DNA of 63,848 nt, filler included, from Octopus bimaculoides (taxonomy: Eukaryota): the NCBI RefSeq assembly GCF_001194135.2. It is 5 parts of 5 records of this genome, joined end to end, with 100 filler letters (N's around TTAATTAATTAA, not from the genome) between each part and the next. Parts side by side here need not be neighbours in the genome. Positions count along the whole stretch, not along the records: positions 21,110 to 27,589 come from NC_068996.1; positions 27,690 to 50,477 come from NC_068984.1; 3 more parts are not named here. The stretch is one strand, 5' to 3'. The notes beneath the pieces were generated by a model. That model made no database searches. It had not been told where the DNA came from and saw only the letters and a list, made by a program, of their open reading frames with translations. A program made the position numbers and the translations under genes. Shown one piece after another: positions 23,505-36,900 of the stretch; within the stretch, counting starts at the first letter, position 1, and each line of letters starts with the position of its first letter.

Positions 23505-24297
23505 TTTCAAATTTGGTATATTGATGTAATTTTTCACACTGAGTCTGATTCAGTTTTTAACTTCTCCCAGAAAAATTTTAGAAAAATGTTTCCGAGATTT
23601 AAAGTTTGATTATTTTTACCCATTCGGAAAGCAGGATTTGAAAGCTGGAGGCAATTTCTGCGTGATAACTTTTACTAAGCAAAACGAAAGCAATATATTT
23701 CTACGGCGTAAGTTGTATGAGGTTTTGAAGTTTTAATAAGTTTAAATTAATAAAGTCAAGTGAAACGTCGGAACAGGCAACATTACAAGGAAAAAATGTT
23801 CAATGAAATATTTTTTCTGCGAAAACTTGACCCCCCCAACCCCCCCAACCCCCCCAACGAAACGTTAAATTACAAAAAATAAAAAAACAAAAAACAAATT
23901 GTACGTTATACTACTGTAGTTCAGTTCATGTAAACAATTGATAGCGAAAATTAAACGAGTTTTAGGGTTAGTCATAGGGTTTAGGGTTGGGGTTTAGGAT
24001 TAGGGTTAGAATAAGGGTCTAGGGTTGGAATTTAGGGTTGGAATTAGGGTTGAGGTTCAAAGTTATGGTTTAGGGCTAGAGTTAAAGTTTAAGTTTGAGT
24101 TATGGGTTAGGATTAGAATTAGGGTTTAGAGTTAGGGTTGGTGTTAGTGTCAGTCCAACCAGTGAATGATCTGGGGTTAATCAATAAGTAACATTTTTAG
24201 TGAACATTTTTCTAAAATTTTTCTGGAACAAATGGGACAAATGAATAACGAAATCAGACTCAGCGTGAAAAATTACATCAATTTAGTAAATTTGAAA
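23505..24297. mobile_element. Foldback-like non-autonomous element: ~90-bp inverted arms enclosing C-rich and telomere-like tracts
   Basis: 23505-23590 is the reverse complement of 24203-24297 (ttgatgtaatttttcac.ctgagtctgatt; ccagaaaaattttagaaaaatgtt). Superfamily not assigned. Confidence 0.6.
23962..24148 (+). repeat. Degenerate interstitial (TTAGGG)n-like tract
   Basis: Repeated ttagggtt/tagggtt units with variants. Confidence 0.8.
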
Positions 24298-25609
24298 AAA
24301 CAAACAAACAAGCAAACTAACAAACAATACATTTTTTAAGCAAAATTTAAAAAAACGAAAGTTCAGAATATAGGTACGTAGTGGTTGTAGTAGTTTTAAG
24401 CAGGCAACAGCTTGGCTTGTTACCATGGAAACAGGAACCAATATGTCTGTGGCTTTCGTTTCGTTAAAATGCCCCAAATTTGCAAACTTTAAAAGCTATT
24501 AACTTTTAATTTATTAATGTAGAACAAAAATGAATTTAAGTTCCATAGCACCCAAAACTACAACATTACATAAAATTTGAAATGAATGGAACAAAATTAA
24601 AGATATTGAAAAGTGAAAGCTAAACAAAAAAAATCCCTCCTCAGCAAAACAATATGTGGGTTCAGATTTATTTAAAGCATTCTGCATTATTGTTTCTTTT
24701 GTCTTTCATTCGTAGACACGTTTCGGTATTGTTATATCTTACAGCTCAATACATAACTAAGAAATTTAAGCCAAGGTGAATTTTTTAAAAATTATATATA
24801 AACCATTGTTTACAGGTAAAATGAAATTGAATGGAAATCGTATAGTGACACATTCCTCAATCTAGCTGGACGTGTTCAGCAATATGCATAATATTTTTCG
24901 CCATGAAAGTTCATTGGAATTAGGGAGAGTTTGTTTGGTAAGGATGAATCCAACCATCAATTGCGCTTTAGAATTATTTTACCCCGTAGCGAGGTTTAAC
25001 TAATAATGAAAGGCTTTGGCCCTTGTCTGTTTGAACAAAATAATCATAAAATACAATTCTAAAATAAATGATAATGTGCGGGTATATTTCAGGCAACATG
25101 GCTTTGGTATAGTATAGTAAGACAGCAGGGTAACGCCGTTAGTAGGTTAGATTAGCAAAGTAGTATTGTAACTGAATAAACTAAGAGTTGAGCTCCTAAA
25201 AATAAAACAAGATGTACGGTTTCACAAGTAAGAGAATCAAGTATTTTTTACCAATACTAAAACTTCAACAAATACACTGATACCATCATATTACTTTTGG
25301 AGAAACATTGAAAAAGTAGAACACTGAACATTGAAAAAGTGGAAATAGAACAAAAAGGAAAACGGAAAATTAATAAAATAAAATAAACACAACAGAATCA
25401 GAACAGAAACCATCACAAAAGATGTAAAATTGTCTGTGATGAAATTTTGTATAGAACAGAAATCTCCAAATAGGAATGAAATCATAAACTTTTTGACAAA
25501 ATATTTACGCTCACGTGATGCTTAAGCAATACTCTTCAATGGAATATTAACAAAATCAGACACAAAACAGACATTGTAATCACTCTATACTACCAACCAA
25601 CCAACCAAA

Positions 25610-25640
<31 letters not shown>

Positions 25641-27133
25641 ATGAGGTCAGTAAAATTATTTAGAAAAACTTTCTCATCAATAATATATCAAACACTGACA
25701 TCTGTAATCAAGAATATGCTGCCTACTAATCTGTTGACTAATGATATATCTCTTTGGTACATTCCGGGAAGCATCAAATGAGAAAGAACGAAAGAACGGA
25801 TATATGGATGGCAGAGCAGGTAATTACTGAAGATAGATAAAAACAAGAAAATATAAAAGTATGACACAAATTGATTACCGAAAAGTCTTTTATAACATAC
25901 CGTGGTCTTAAAGATAATGCAGATATATAATTAAGAGCTAATAAGTCAGTATATTGACTGTGGCGTCATATAACATTAGTTACATAATTATTTTCCCAGA
26001 AATTTATCCTTCCGGAATGATCTCTACACAAATATCGAGCTACATAGGATAAGATATTTAGAGATCATCCTTCCATGTGGTACCTTTTAAATAAGTCATT
26101 AAAAAACGGTAGGGTATCAGCCATGACGTCTGAGTTACTCATAATCTGGAGAGATCGTTGTGGCTCACGCTCAGCCTGAACATTCGGTTAGTGTCTAGTG
26201 GAAAAAGTCTACAAGGGTAATTGCTATTAGCGTTGTAGAAAAAAATTACTATTTAAACCACTGGCACAAGGTCAACATTTAAGTGTGAGTCTCTTGGTAA
26301 TCAAATCGACGTGGCTACCAAAGAAGGACAAGTAGAATTGTTTTAGATGTACCTAAATTTATATGTACTACTTATATATAGTGCATCCAGGGGCGGGGAG
26401 ACTTATACTAAGACGTAGACTTACTAAACTAAAAATTCCAGAGAATTTACTCGCTAGCTTCTTTTCTCGCTAGTTTCGAGCCAAAACAATACTCCAAACG
26501 AATCAACGTAAATTTTCTTGAGAAGGCCCAGTTACTGATAGCGTGCATTCTCTCAGTAAAGATTCATGGTCTAATAAAATATAGACGGAATTTGACAGTT
26601 CTGTATATTTCCCGAATCTAAATTGATACTAATCTCGAAACTCGAAATAAACAATTAAATTAAAACATCTAGGGTAGCTAAAATATATATATGAACGGAG
26701 AAAACTTCATTTGGAATACATCAAAAATATTCGAAAGAACTATATCAGATAAGTCTTAAAATAGAAACTGAAGAACAATAGAGCAACTTACTCAATTCCA
26801 TAGGATATTTCTATGGATGAACACACTCTGTATGAATAGTTGAAAAAGATAGAAAACAACTCCCTGGAACAACAAAATCCATGCTATAAAAATATATGGC
26901 AAGATAGGTGAAGATATGTTTTCATCAATGTTAATCAAAAAATTACTCTCCGTGTGAGGAGAGTCATCAAATTGGTGATCAATTCTGATAAAAGAAGAGA
27001 GAGAAAACCATAAGCTTTAATTAAAATTTAAGACAGAATGTAGGCAATATTCGGATCACTTCCCTCTCAATCTCTCTCCCTCTGCATACATACAAACATA
27101 AATACATATACATACACACACACACACACATAC

Positions 27134-27166
<33 letters not shown>

Positions 27167-27172
27167 CGTACG

Positions 27173-27248
<76 letters not shown>

Positions 27249-27689
27249 TGTATGCATGTACGTATGTAAATATTTATGTATATATATACGTATGTATGTA
27301 TGTATATACGTACGTAAATATATATATATATACATACATATATATATATATACATATAATAATATTATTAGGGACAAAATCCAAAATTACAGGTAAAAAA
27401 CTCAATTAAAATCAATTTATAAAAAATTAAAATTAAATTGAGCCTTATAGATAAAGTGTATATAAAATATATATAGTTTTAGGGAAAATAACCAATTTTC
27501 AAGAACTCATCGATGAAAATCCACTATCACATATAGAAAAATTAATAATTAAAAGCACAATAAATGAGTATAATATAAAGTAAAGTAAANNNNNNNNNNN
27601 NNNNNNNNNNNNNNNNNNNNNNNNNNNNNNNNNTTAATTAATTAANNNNNNNNNNNNNNNNNNNNNNNNNNNNNNNNNNNNNNNNNNNN

Positions 27690-28902
27690 TGTAAAGAACA
27701 TCAAATTCAATATGTCACAGAAAAAGAACACACACATGAGATACATAGAAGAAATCATCAGAGAAATAAAGAATACCAATAAAGTCCTAGTAAAATCAGA
27801 TAAAACAAGGAACATATATAAATTGACTAAACAGAACTACAACAACCTACTGCAGAAGGAAATTGAGAAGAATTATAAAATAGCAAACTGGAAAGTACTT
27901 AAGGAAGCTAACATAGAAACTAAAGAAATAATGGAAAAGTATAACTTGACCGATAGGACAGAACCGTTGGTACCAAGAGAACCAAGATTTATACTCAAGG
28001 ACCATAAAGTAAATTTCTGGACACAGCCATCACTAAGACTCATATGCCCAACGAGATCGGACATAAGAATATTAAACAAGAACATTATAAATAACTATCT
28101 ACCCACTATAACCACTAAGTTAAAGTTAGAATTATGGTCTAGTACAGACCAAGTAATTAATTGGTTTAGATCAATTGAGCATAAAGAAGAAACAAAATTT
28201 ATCCAATTTGATATAGCTAACTTTAATAGATCAATTAACCCAATAGTACTAAACAAGGCAATGTGATTCTTCCATAAAAAAACAGGCCTTACTAAAGAAG
28301 AAGTTAAAGTTATAACAGCAGCAGGGAAATCGTTTATTAGCTTTAAAGATAAGATATGGGTAAGGAAAGATACCCCTGGCGCATTTGATGTTGCCATGGG
28401 AAGTTCCGACTCAGCCCAAATAGCTGATATGGTGGGATCATTTATCCTTTATGAATTACATGATCAATTCCCTAGGGTTAGAGGGGGTTTGTATAGAGAC
28501 GACTGCCTGTTATATGTTAGGAATTGCGCAAACCAGGAACTACAGAGAATTAAGGGTAGGGTGGCCAGATTTTTCAGCAGAATGGGGATGGGTATAGTTT
28601 ACGAAGATGATGTCTCAGTAGCAAATTTCCTAGATTAGAATAAAACATATAGACCATACCACAAACCCCTAACAAACCTACAGTATATACAGTATATAAA
28701 TAAATCAAATAACCATCCTAGGGCTATAATAGAGAATCTAGTAAAAAATATATCTTTAAAACTCTCCAAATTATCTGCTAACAATAGGGTATTTAATAAT
28801 GAAGCTAATTTCTATAATGCAGCACTAAATAAGGCAGGATATAAAGAAAGGGTCTCCTATATTGAAAATAATAGCAAAGGAATTGAAACAACTGACAACA
28901 AC

Positions 28903-28961
<59 letters not shown>

Positions 28962-29383
28962 TAATAATAATAATAATGATAATAATAATTATAATAATAA
29001 TAATAAGAAGAATAAAACAAAGTAAATAAACTAAATAAACCAAAGTACCCTCATAAACACAATATAGGTAACTTTAAATTCTTTAAAAACAATAATAATA
29101 ACCATGAGGATAATAAAATCTGGCTCATAATCCCATTTGGGACAAATATCAGGAGTAATCTGATAGCTAAGTTTAGAAAATTGATAGGTAGACACTTCCC
29201 AAGGAGCTCACACTATGGTAAGATTATAAACACACATATAATCAGATTTGGATTTTCAAATACTAGGAACATAGCACAGATAATAGCAGCACATAACCTT
29301 AAGTTACTTAAGTCTAGAGAAACAGGTAGGAATGAGAATTTGAATAATAATATAAATGGCAGTAATAATAATAATAATAATAA

Positions 29384-29414
<31 letters not shown>

Positions 29415-29445
29415 AAGAAGAAGAAGAAGAAGAAGAAGAAGAAGA
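27690..29445 (+). mobile_element. Penelope-like retroelement (RT + thumb + linker; GIY-YIG part presumably in the following gap), pseudogenised
   Basis: One frame from 27712: KSDKTRNIY...ILKDHK...RLICPTRS...FIQFDIANF...(TGA 28264)...MGSSDSAQIADMVG...GLYRDDCL...ANFLD(TAG 28636)...YRPYHKP...SNNHP...AALNKAGY, then poly-N. After a frameshift near 29015: KIWLIIPFG...IGRHFP...KIINTHIIRFGFS...IIAAHNLKLL. These are Penelope-like element RT/thumb motifs. Confidence 0.88.
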
Positions 29446-32400
29446 NNNNNNNNNNNNNNNNNNNNNNNNNNNNNNNNNNNNNNNNNNNNNNNNNNNNNNN
29501 NNNNNNNNNNNNNNNNNNNNNNNNNNNNNNNNNNNNNNNNNNNNNNNNNNNNNNNNNNNNNNNNNNNNNNNNNNNNNNNNNNNNNNNNNNNNNNNNNNNN
29601 NNNNNNNNNNNNNNNNNNNNNNNNNNNNNNNNNNNNNNNNNNNNNNNNNNNNNNNNNNNNNNNNNNNNNNNNNNNNNNNNNNNNNNNNNNNNNNNNNNNN
29701 NNNNNNNNNNNNNNNNNNNNNNNNNNNNNNNNNNNNNNNNNNNNNNNNNNNNNNNNNNNNNNNNNNNNNNNNNNNNNNNNNNNNNNNNNNNNNNNNNNNN
29801 NNNNNNNNNNNNNNNNNNNNNNNNNNNNNNNNNNNNNNNNNNNNNNNNNNNNNNNNNNNNNNNNNNNNNNNNNNNNNNNNNNNNNNNNNNNNNNNNNNNN
29901 NNNNNNNNNNNNNNNNNNNNNNNNNNNNNNNNNNNNNNNNNNNNNNNNNNNNNNNNNNNNNNNNNNNNNNNNNNNNNNNNNNNNNNNNNNNNNNNNNNNN
30001 NNNNNNNNNNNNNNNNNNNNNNNNNNNNNNNNNNNNNNNNNNNNNNNNNNNNNNNNNNNNNNNNNNNNNNNNNNNNNNNNNNNNNNNNNNNNNNNNNNNN
30101 NNNNNNNNNNNNNNNNNNNNNNNNNNNNNNNNNNNNNNNNNNNNNNNNNNNNNNNNNNNNNNNNNNNNNNNNNNNNNNNNNNNNNNNNNNNNNNNNNNNN
30201 NNNNNNNNNNNNNNNNNNNNNNNNNNNNNNNNNNNNNNNNNNNNNNNNNNNNNNNNNNNNNNNNNNNNNNNNNNNNNNNNNNNNNNNNNNNNNNNNGTAT
30301 ATATGTGTGTATGTATATGTATGTGTGTTGTATTTGTATGTATGTGTGTATGTGTGTATGTGTATGTATATATATATATATATATATGTGTGTGTATGTA
30401 TATGTGTATACATATATATATATGTATATGTGTGTGTGTATGTATATATGGATAAGTATACGGGTAAAGTGTATGTATGCATATGTATACGGGTAAAGGA
30501 ACGGGTAATATAGTATAGTAAAGAGAAATAAACAAAATAATTAATTAATCTAGTGGAAATTCACAGGAGAGCAATAAAAATAGAAAATTAAGGAGTTATC
30601 TCCCCTATAATAACAAAGATGAAATCTAACGAGATTCTAAGCAATTTTTATCTGTGATAGTAACATTCATTTTGCTGCATTTTGTGTCTTCGTGGTTGTG
30701 ACTGAAAACTGTCTATTGATTTTTGGGGGATTTTTTTTTTTTGAAGAACAGAATATTCACAATTGGAAACGACGGAAGGATTCTATATTATGTAATTTTT
30801 ATGTGCACAGAAATATACATGCAGACGCAGGCGCACATATCTACAAACATCAAATATACATGCATTCATATACACACACACGTACACTGCGTATTAACAT
30901 AGGTATATATGTGTACCAGAGTACTTTTAATTATGAAAATATGTCTGTTTTTCTGTGAGTGAGTTTTTGTGCCTATGTATACCTATGTATATAGGTATAG
31001 AATTTGAGTGTGCTTACGAGTGGGTTTGTTTGCACGTAAGGCTAAGCGCGCAGGTATCCCCTGCTGTTCAATTGATATTTTATTCTGCCACTGTAATAAT
31101 CAGGAAACAGACAAAGCTATTTCTTTCAGCGCAGCTTTAGCCAGAAACACATTAGTTCAAGCTCTCGTTTTAAATTCTCTTTATTCTAGTTTGTCAGTAC
31201 TTATAAAAGCTGACAAAAAGAATATGACAATCAGGAATACTTGTCATGAGCAAAACTAGAAATGCTTAGAAGGAATATGAAATAAATTGACATTTAAAGA
31301 TGGAATTTCAGCCCAACATAACAACAACAAGGTCATTTTAAATGAACATTAGGGGGATAGAGATTAAGACATTCGGTGATGTCGATGTGTGAAGCAATAT
31401 TGATTTGATGCGAAAATATTAATTCTCTTGAGCCAGAGTTTCTGACTTTTCAATACGAGTTGATGGCTGGCATATTACAAGAACGGAGTTTCTTGCATTG
31501 CTTCTACTGAACATTCAGAAGAAACTCTATGGAATTGCGGGAGCTGCATTAGATAAATAAATGTACATTTATTAAGTGCATCTGATGTATGAAAAGCAAA
31601 ATATGAGAAATAAATAAGAGAAGGAAAAAATCAAATGAACAAATAAACAAAGAAATGAAGAGGAAATATCTTTTTATATGAAATGTTCACCAAGGACAGA
31701 AGAAATGGTGGATAAGTGACAGGTGTTTTATCTTTGCAGTCACAATATAACAAACATTCGGTATAATGGCATTGGAATAATTGTACACAGTTCTCTTAGC
31801 TTGTCAGTCACATGTGCTTGAAATTTTGCAGTTCACGTTGAACCTCACCAATCAAAATGTTTTTGACATAGACATATTATATGCATTAGATAAACAAAAG
31901 AGTTATATGTGTCCGCTCTCTTGCCGTTTAAAATCGAACTGCATGAGATGATTTATGTACAGTCAATAGGTAAAATATAAGTTGAAATTTCGGTGTACAG
32001 GTGAGGTTCAAATTCATATACTTCTAGTAGAACATAATCAGGCACTTATTAAGCATTCTTTTACAGATTAATACATACAATAAAACAAGTGATACTACAC
32101 TTCACAGATAACCTACATTTGTTTACTTATAAGTCGATGGTTGTACCATCAATAAAGTTACTTTATTCAGCGAGAGATAAATAAAATAATTTAATCAACA
32201 CGGGGTCTTTTTGTGGGACACTACTAGTTTCATACCTTGATAATACAGCATAATGGCACGAGTTTCTAGAGTGTGCTGTGTACTATTCTGCAATATTTCA
32301 GGCTCAACGTAAACATAGCTGCTCTCCTACAAAAGAACGACAAAGAAAAAGATTGGGAATTAACAATCATTGGTGAGGTTAATTCGACAGGGTAAGTTTA

Positions 32401-32929
32401 AAGTTTTCAGGAACGTACATCCGGAAAGAATGGTGTTCCCAGATATGATAGTTGAGAATCAACTTGAAGTTTCTTTTTGTGAAACTTTCTGATAGTAGTA
32501 CGGTGTAGTTCTTTGATTAAAATCAAGATATGAGTTCGGTTAAAAATCACCCGCACCATTAAGTGGGGAATCGATGGGCCTTAAGTTATGAGTTAAGTAG
32601 GTGAGGTTTTGTGTAGCTGAAAACCCTCATAAATCTACAAGATGTACTTTACTTTTTCTTTTGTTGGTTTCAGTCAGAAGGGAATGCCAAGATGGGGCAT
32701 CACTTTTAATGCGCCTGATATTTTTTTTTATATATTTCACGCTCACTTACTATTTCTGGTGAAGAAACGATTTCCAGAGAGCTGCTCTTCTTTGCGTTTA
32801 ATATCGCGATGCGTGTTCATCAGGTACCGCAAATGAAAATTTGTCGTGATATCATTTGTGCACATCCACATCTGCAGATAGCTGACTTCTGAGCTTGTTA
32901 TTCAGAGTTATATATATATATATATATAT

Positions 32930-33090
32930 ATATTCTCTCCCTGTTTATTTATGTGTTCCTTGCTATCGAAGAGCGTAGGCTCGAAGCGTAAAAGACTTTC
33001 TCACTTCTCGAGCGTTAAACTAATACATCTGTTTGTTGTTTACACACCTGTCTTCGTCTTTTGTTTGCTTTTGTAAATTTTCACTATATC
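32930..33090 (+). mobile_element. Penelope-type terminal repeat with degenerate hammerhead-like core, ending in (TA)n
   Basis: 32959-32994 CTATCGA-AGAGC-GTAG-GCTC-GAAG-CGTA-aaag. Same family as 1365-1450, in the opposite orientation. Confidence 0.45.
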
Positions 33091-33104
33091 TATATATATG
33101 TATA

Positions 33105-33141
<37 letters not shown>

Positions 33142-33887
33142 NNNNNNNNNNNNNNNNNNNNNNNNNNNNNNNNNNNNNNNNNNNNNNNNNNNNNNNNNNN
33201 NNNNNNNNNNNNNNNNNNNNNNNNNNNNNNNNNNNNNNNNNNNNNNNNNNNNNNNNNNNNNNNNNNNNNNNNNNNNNNNNNNNNNNNNNNNNNNNNNNNN
33301 NNNNNNNNNNNNNNNNNNNNNNNNNNNNNNNNNNNNNNNNNNNNNNNNNNNNNNNNNNNNNNNNNNNNNNNNNNNNNNNNNNNNNNNNNNNNNNNNNNNN
33401 NNNNNNNNNNNNNNNNNNNNNNNNNNNNNNNNNNNNNNNNNNNNNNNNNNNNNNNNNNNNNNNNNNNNNNNNNNNNNNNNNNNNNNNNNNNNNNNNNNNN
33501 NNNNNNNNNNNNNNNNNNNNNNNNNNNNNNNNNNNNNNNNNNNNNNNNNNNNNNNNNNNNNNNNNNNNNNNNNNNNNNNNNNNNNNNNNNNNNNNNNNNN
33601 NNNNNNNNNNNNNNNNNNNNNNNNNNNNNNNNNNNNNNNNNNNNNNNNNNNNNNNNNNNNNNNNNNNNNNNNNNNNNNNNNNNNNNNNNNNNNNNNNNNN
33701 NNNNNNNNNNNNNNNNNNNNNNNNNNNNNNNNNNNNNNNNNNNNNNNNNNNNNNNNNNNNNNNNNNNNNNNNNNNNNNNNNNNNNNNNNNNNNNNNNNNN
33801 NNNNNNNNNNNNNNNNNNNNNNNNNNNNNNNNNNNNNNNNNNNNNNNNNNNNNNNNNNNNNNNNNNNNNNNNNNNNNNNNNNNNNNN

Positions 33888-33950
<63 letters not shown>

Positions 33951-36900
33951 ATACATATGCAAACATAGATAGATACATACATGCTTAGGCACATACGCAC
34001 AAGAGTGCAAACACAGACATTATATGTTAAGTTTGCTTAAACACTATAAATCTGGAAATTTTGGCAAGAATCTAAAGTCCTGCTCAGTATACTCATGTAA
34101 CGCTCCCCAGGGTTCTAGCTCTCTGGGCAGTGAAAGAAATCGTTATCTTCATCAGCTGAAAACGGAAAGAATGCACTAAAGTAGATTACGGATTTTATAT
34201 ATCCTGCGTAATGTAACGATTCATCCATGAGATTAAGAATACTGTCACGACCTCTTTCTAATGAGATATAACGAAGAGAGCTCAAATAAATGAATTTATG
34301 TAAAAGAATATCACTATCTTTATCCTAAAGACTATACAACTACAGTTACGTCAGAAATTAATATATTTCGAATATAAAGAACAAACTTTAGAGTGGAAAG
34401 TCACTTAGCAATTAGATCGATAAATGCGAAAAAAAAAAGCATGATATATAGCAGTGAAAATATATACTGATTTTCAATAAACATTTCGAGGCACAACCGT
34501 ATTACTAACGTACGCAGTAGTAAAATAAACCGATGTAATGATTACATAGGTGGTGATAAAGACTGTTTCTTAGAAAAGTTTTAATTTTATACAAAACTGC
34601 AAAATATAGCGATCAATTCATAAACTAACGAAAGACGAGTACAGCGAAAATCTTTTTTACAATCACTTTGCTTGAAACAAAATTCTAAATTATATTTGTT
34701 TATATACTTCCTTCAAACATGAAATCATTTTATGTTTATGAAGCTCTTGGTAAAGAGGCTTTACAAAGGAACAAGTGCATTTCTTTAACAAATATCACCA
34801 CCATGCCTATTTTAATGAGCCATAAAACTGCAGGTGTTGTCAAGCTGAAAATTTCGAGTTAATAAAACAGCCATTGATATGACCTGTAAAAATTTTATTC
34901 ATGTCCTGTGATCGTTCGTCCTCTGCGAAGGTCTGTAATTTGTAGGAATGTGAAGTCAAATTTATTAGATACAACACATTTTAGACTTGATGTTCCTTGA
35001 TGATTTCGTTAACCATACAAATTCATCAATCAGTCTACCAATCAACCAAGCAAGCAAGCAACCAATCAATCAATCAGTCAATCAATCAATCACTCATTCA
35101 ATGAATTAATGTTTGTATATATACTCGTTGCTCTGATGAGCAACGATTTTTATAACTACTGCTTTTACCAAATATCCTAAAGAAGGGCACTTCACGCCGA
35201 AATATAGAAATACATGGTAAAACTGCAACTTTGTTGGTTTACTTTCCCTTCCGTAGTTTAGTTTGTACCTTCTCGCATTATTCTGGCCTTGCACAAGAAA
35301 CTTCTTAAAAGTTATACCACACACTGTTCCACCAAAACTACCTCATTGTAATATATTTATATATATACGTCTATAGCTATGAAAAGCATTTTATACTACA
35401 TGAGCTATTCTATGTAGATGATGGCGGCCATGGCGTTATTTTCCGAGTTACTATAACCGTCGTTATAGGTCATTAGATAAGTGAGACTCCTTCATATATT
35501 CGAATCTTTTACCTGGTCCCTGATTTATGGAAAACCCGGGTGGATTTTCTCGCACCATTACTAATAGAGATGATGATATGCCCAAAGAAAGATAAAAGAA
35601 TACTCTGAAGTTAACTTCTTCCAGTCGTTCACCTTTTCAAAAGATGTTTTGACGTCACCATCGTACATAGAGGGTTTCCCCTTGCCCTACTATTGTCTTC
35701 CACTCTTTTCTACACAACCTAGTTTATAGAAATGGAATTTTTTATAAAGACACCGGTGTGTCGTCTATGCTTGCCTAAGGGAGGTGGGCTGTCAGAGTAA
35801 TTGTTAATAAGGAAAGAGGAGTAATACAAGGAACAAGTAAAATTAGCGAACGTAAACAAAAAAGAATTGGTGTGATCATTAAATAATAGGTAATGAATGA
35901 ATAGCAGGCACAGTGAGCACTATAAAAGTTACAATTTCTCTTTCTGTGAGTGGGTTTTTTTAGACGCCAATGATATAAAAAAAGTACGAAAGTGCCATTC
36001 CTATTGTTGAGGTGGGCAAACAAAATCCATATCTATGTTTACATAGACCTTCTGTTCCTTGGATGCATTTAGATAATTATTACAATTTTGTAAATTATAG
36101 TCTGCGACTGAGACCTCCGATCTGACATTGACTGCGGCTTTCTAATCTTCGCTACCATTAAAATACGCATAAACACGGTTGTTTCTCTTTTGACGAAATC
36201 ATGTAAGAAAGAAAGTGAGTTAACTTCGGTTTTCATAGTTTACTCTGACTCTGAATTCAATCAAATAAATAACTTTGATATAGTCTCGTATTTAAATGTT
36301 TCCATTTAATGTTGTTTTCGATGTGCAGTCAAGATAAAGTAGTTATATTCGGTAATCATTTGCAAGAAACACACGACGAGTAAAGTTAATTTAGAAGTTG
36401 TCAAAGGAATATATCATCCGTATATAGAAAATATAAATGGGACTTGACACACCCGCTTCTTTGCTCACGAAGAACAACGCTGAAAGAACATAGTGAACAT
36501 ATACAATGATTGAAAATATCATATTAACTGTAAATTTATTGGAGAGGTGCGAGGTTGTGAAGTTCTGTACTGAAATTCTCATTTTGAACAAATAAGCAAT
36601 AAATAACTGAATAACTGAATGATGAGTCTAGGCAAATGTCACAGTCATTTGTATGTATGTATGTATGTATGTATGTATGTATGTATGTATGTATGTATAT
36701 ATGTATGTAAGTATGTATGTATGTTTGTATGTATGTATGGATGTATGTATGTATGCTTGTATATATGTGTGTACATTTAAGTATATGCAAAATGAAATAG
36801 AAAGAGCAAGAAATGGTACATAAGACAATAGATTTTAGTCAATTTTGAAACTTGACAGACAACCATCTACCCTAATAATAAAAGTCTTAATAATCTTATT

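Noticed and set aside
23962-24148. TTAGGG-like tract as a true telomere or chromosome-fusion site
   Set aside because: It is short, highly degenerate and single-orientation, and is embedded between inverted arms of a repeat.
24419-24432. Perfect RFX X-box-like GTTACCATGGAAAC as a promoter element
   Set aside because: It lies in repeat-like sequence with no identifiable gene start. Similar motifs occur inside the transposons at ~28390 and ~39173.
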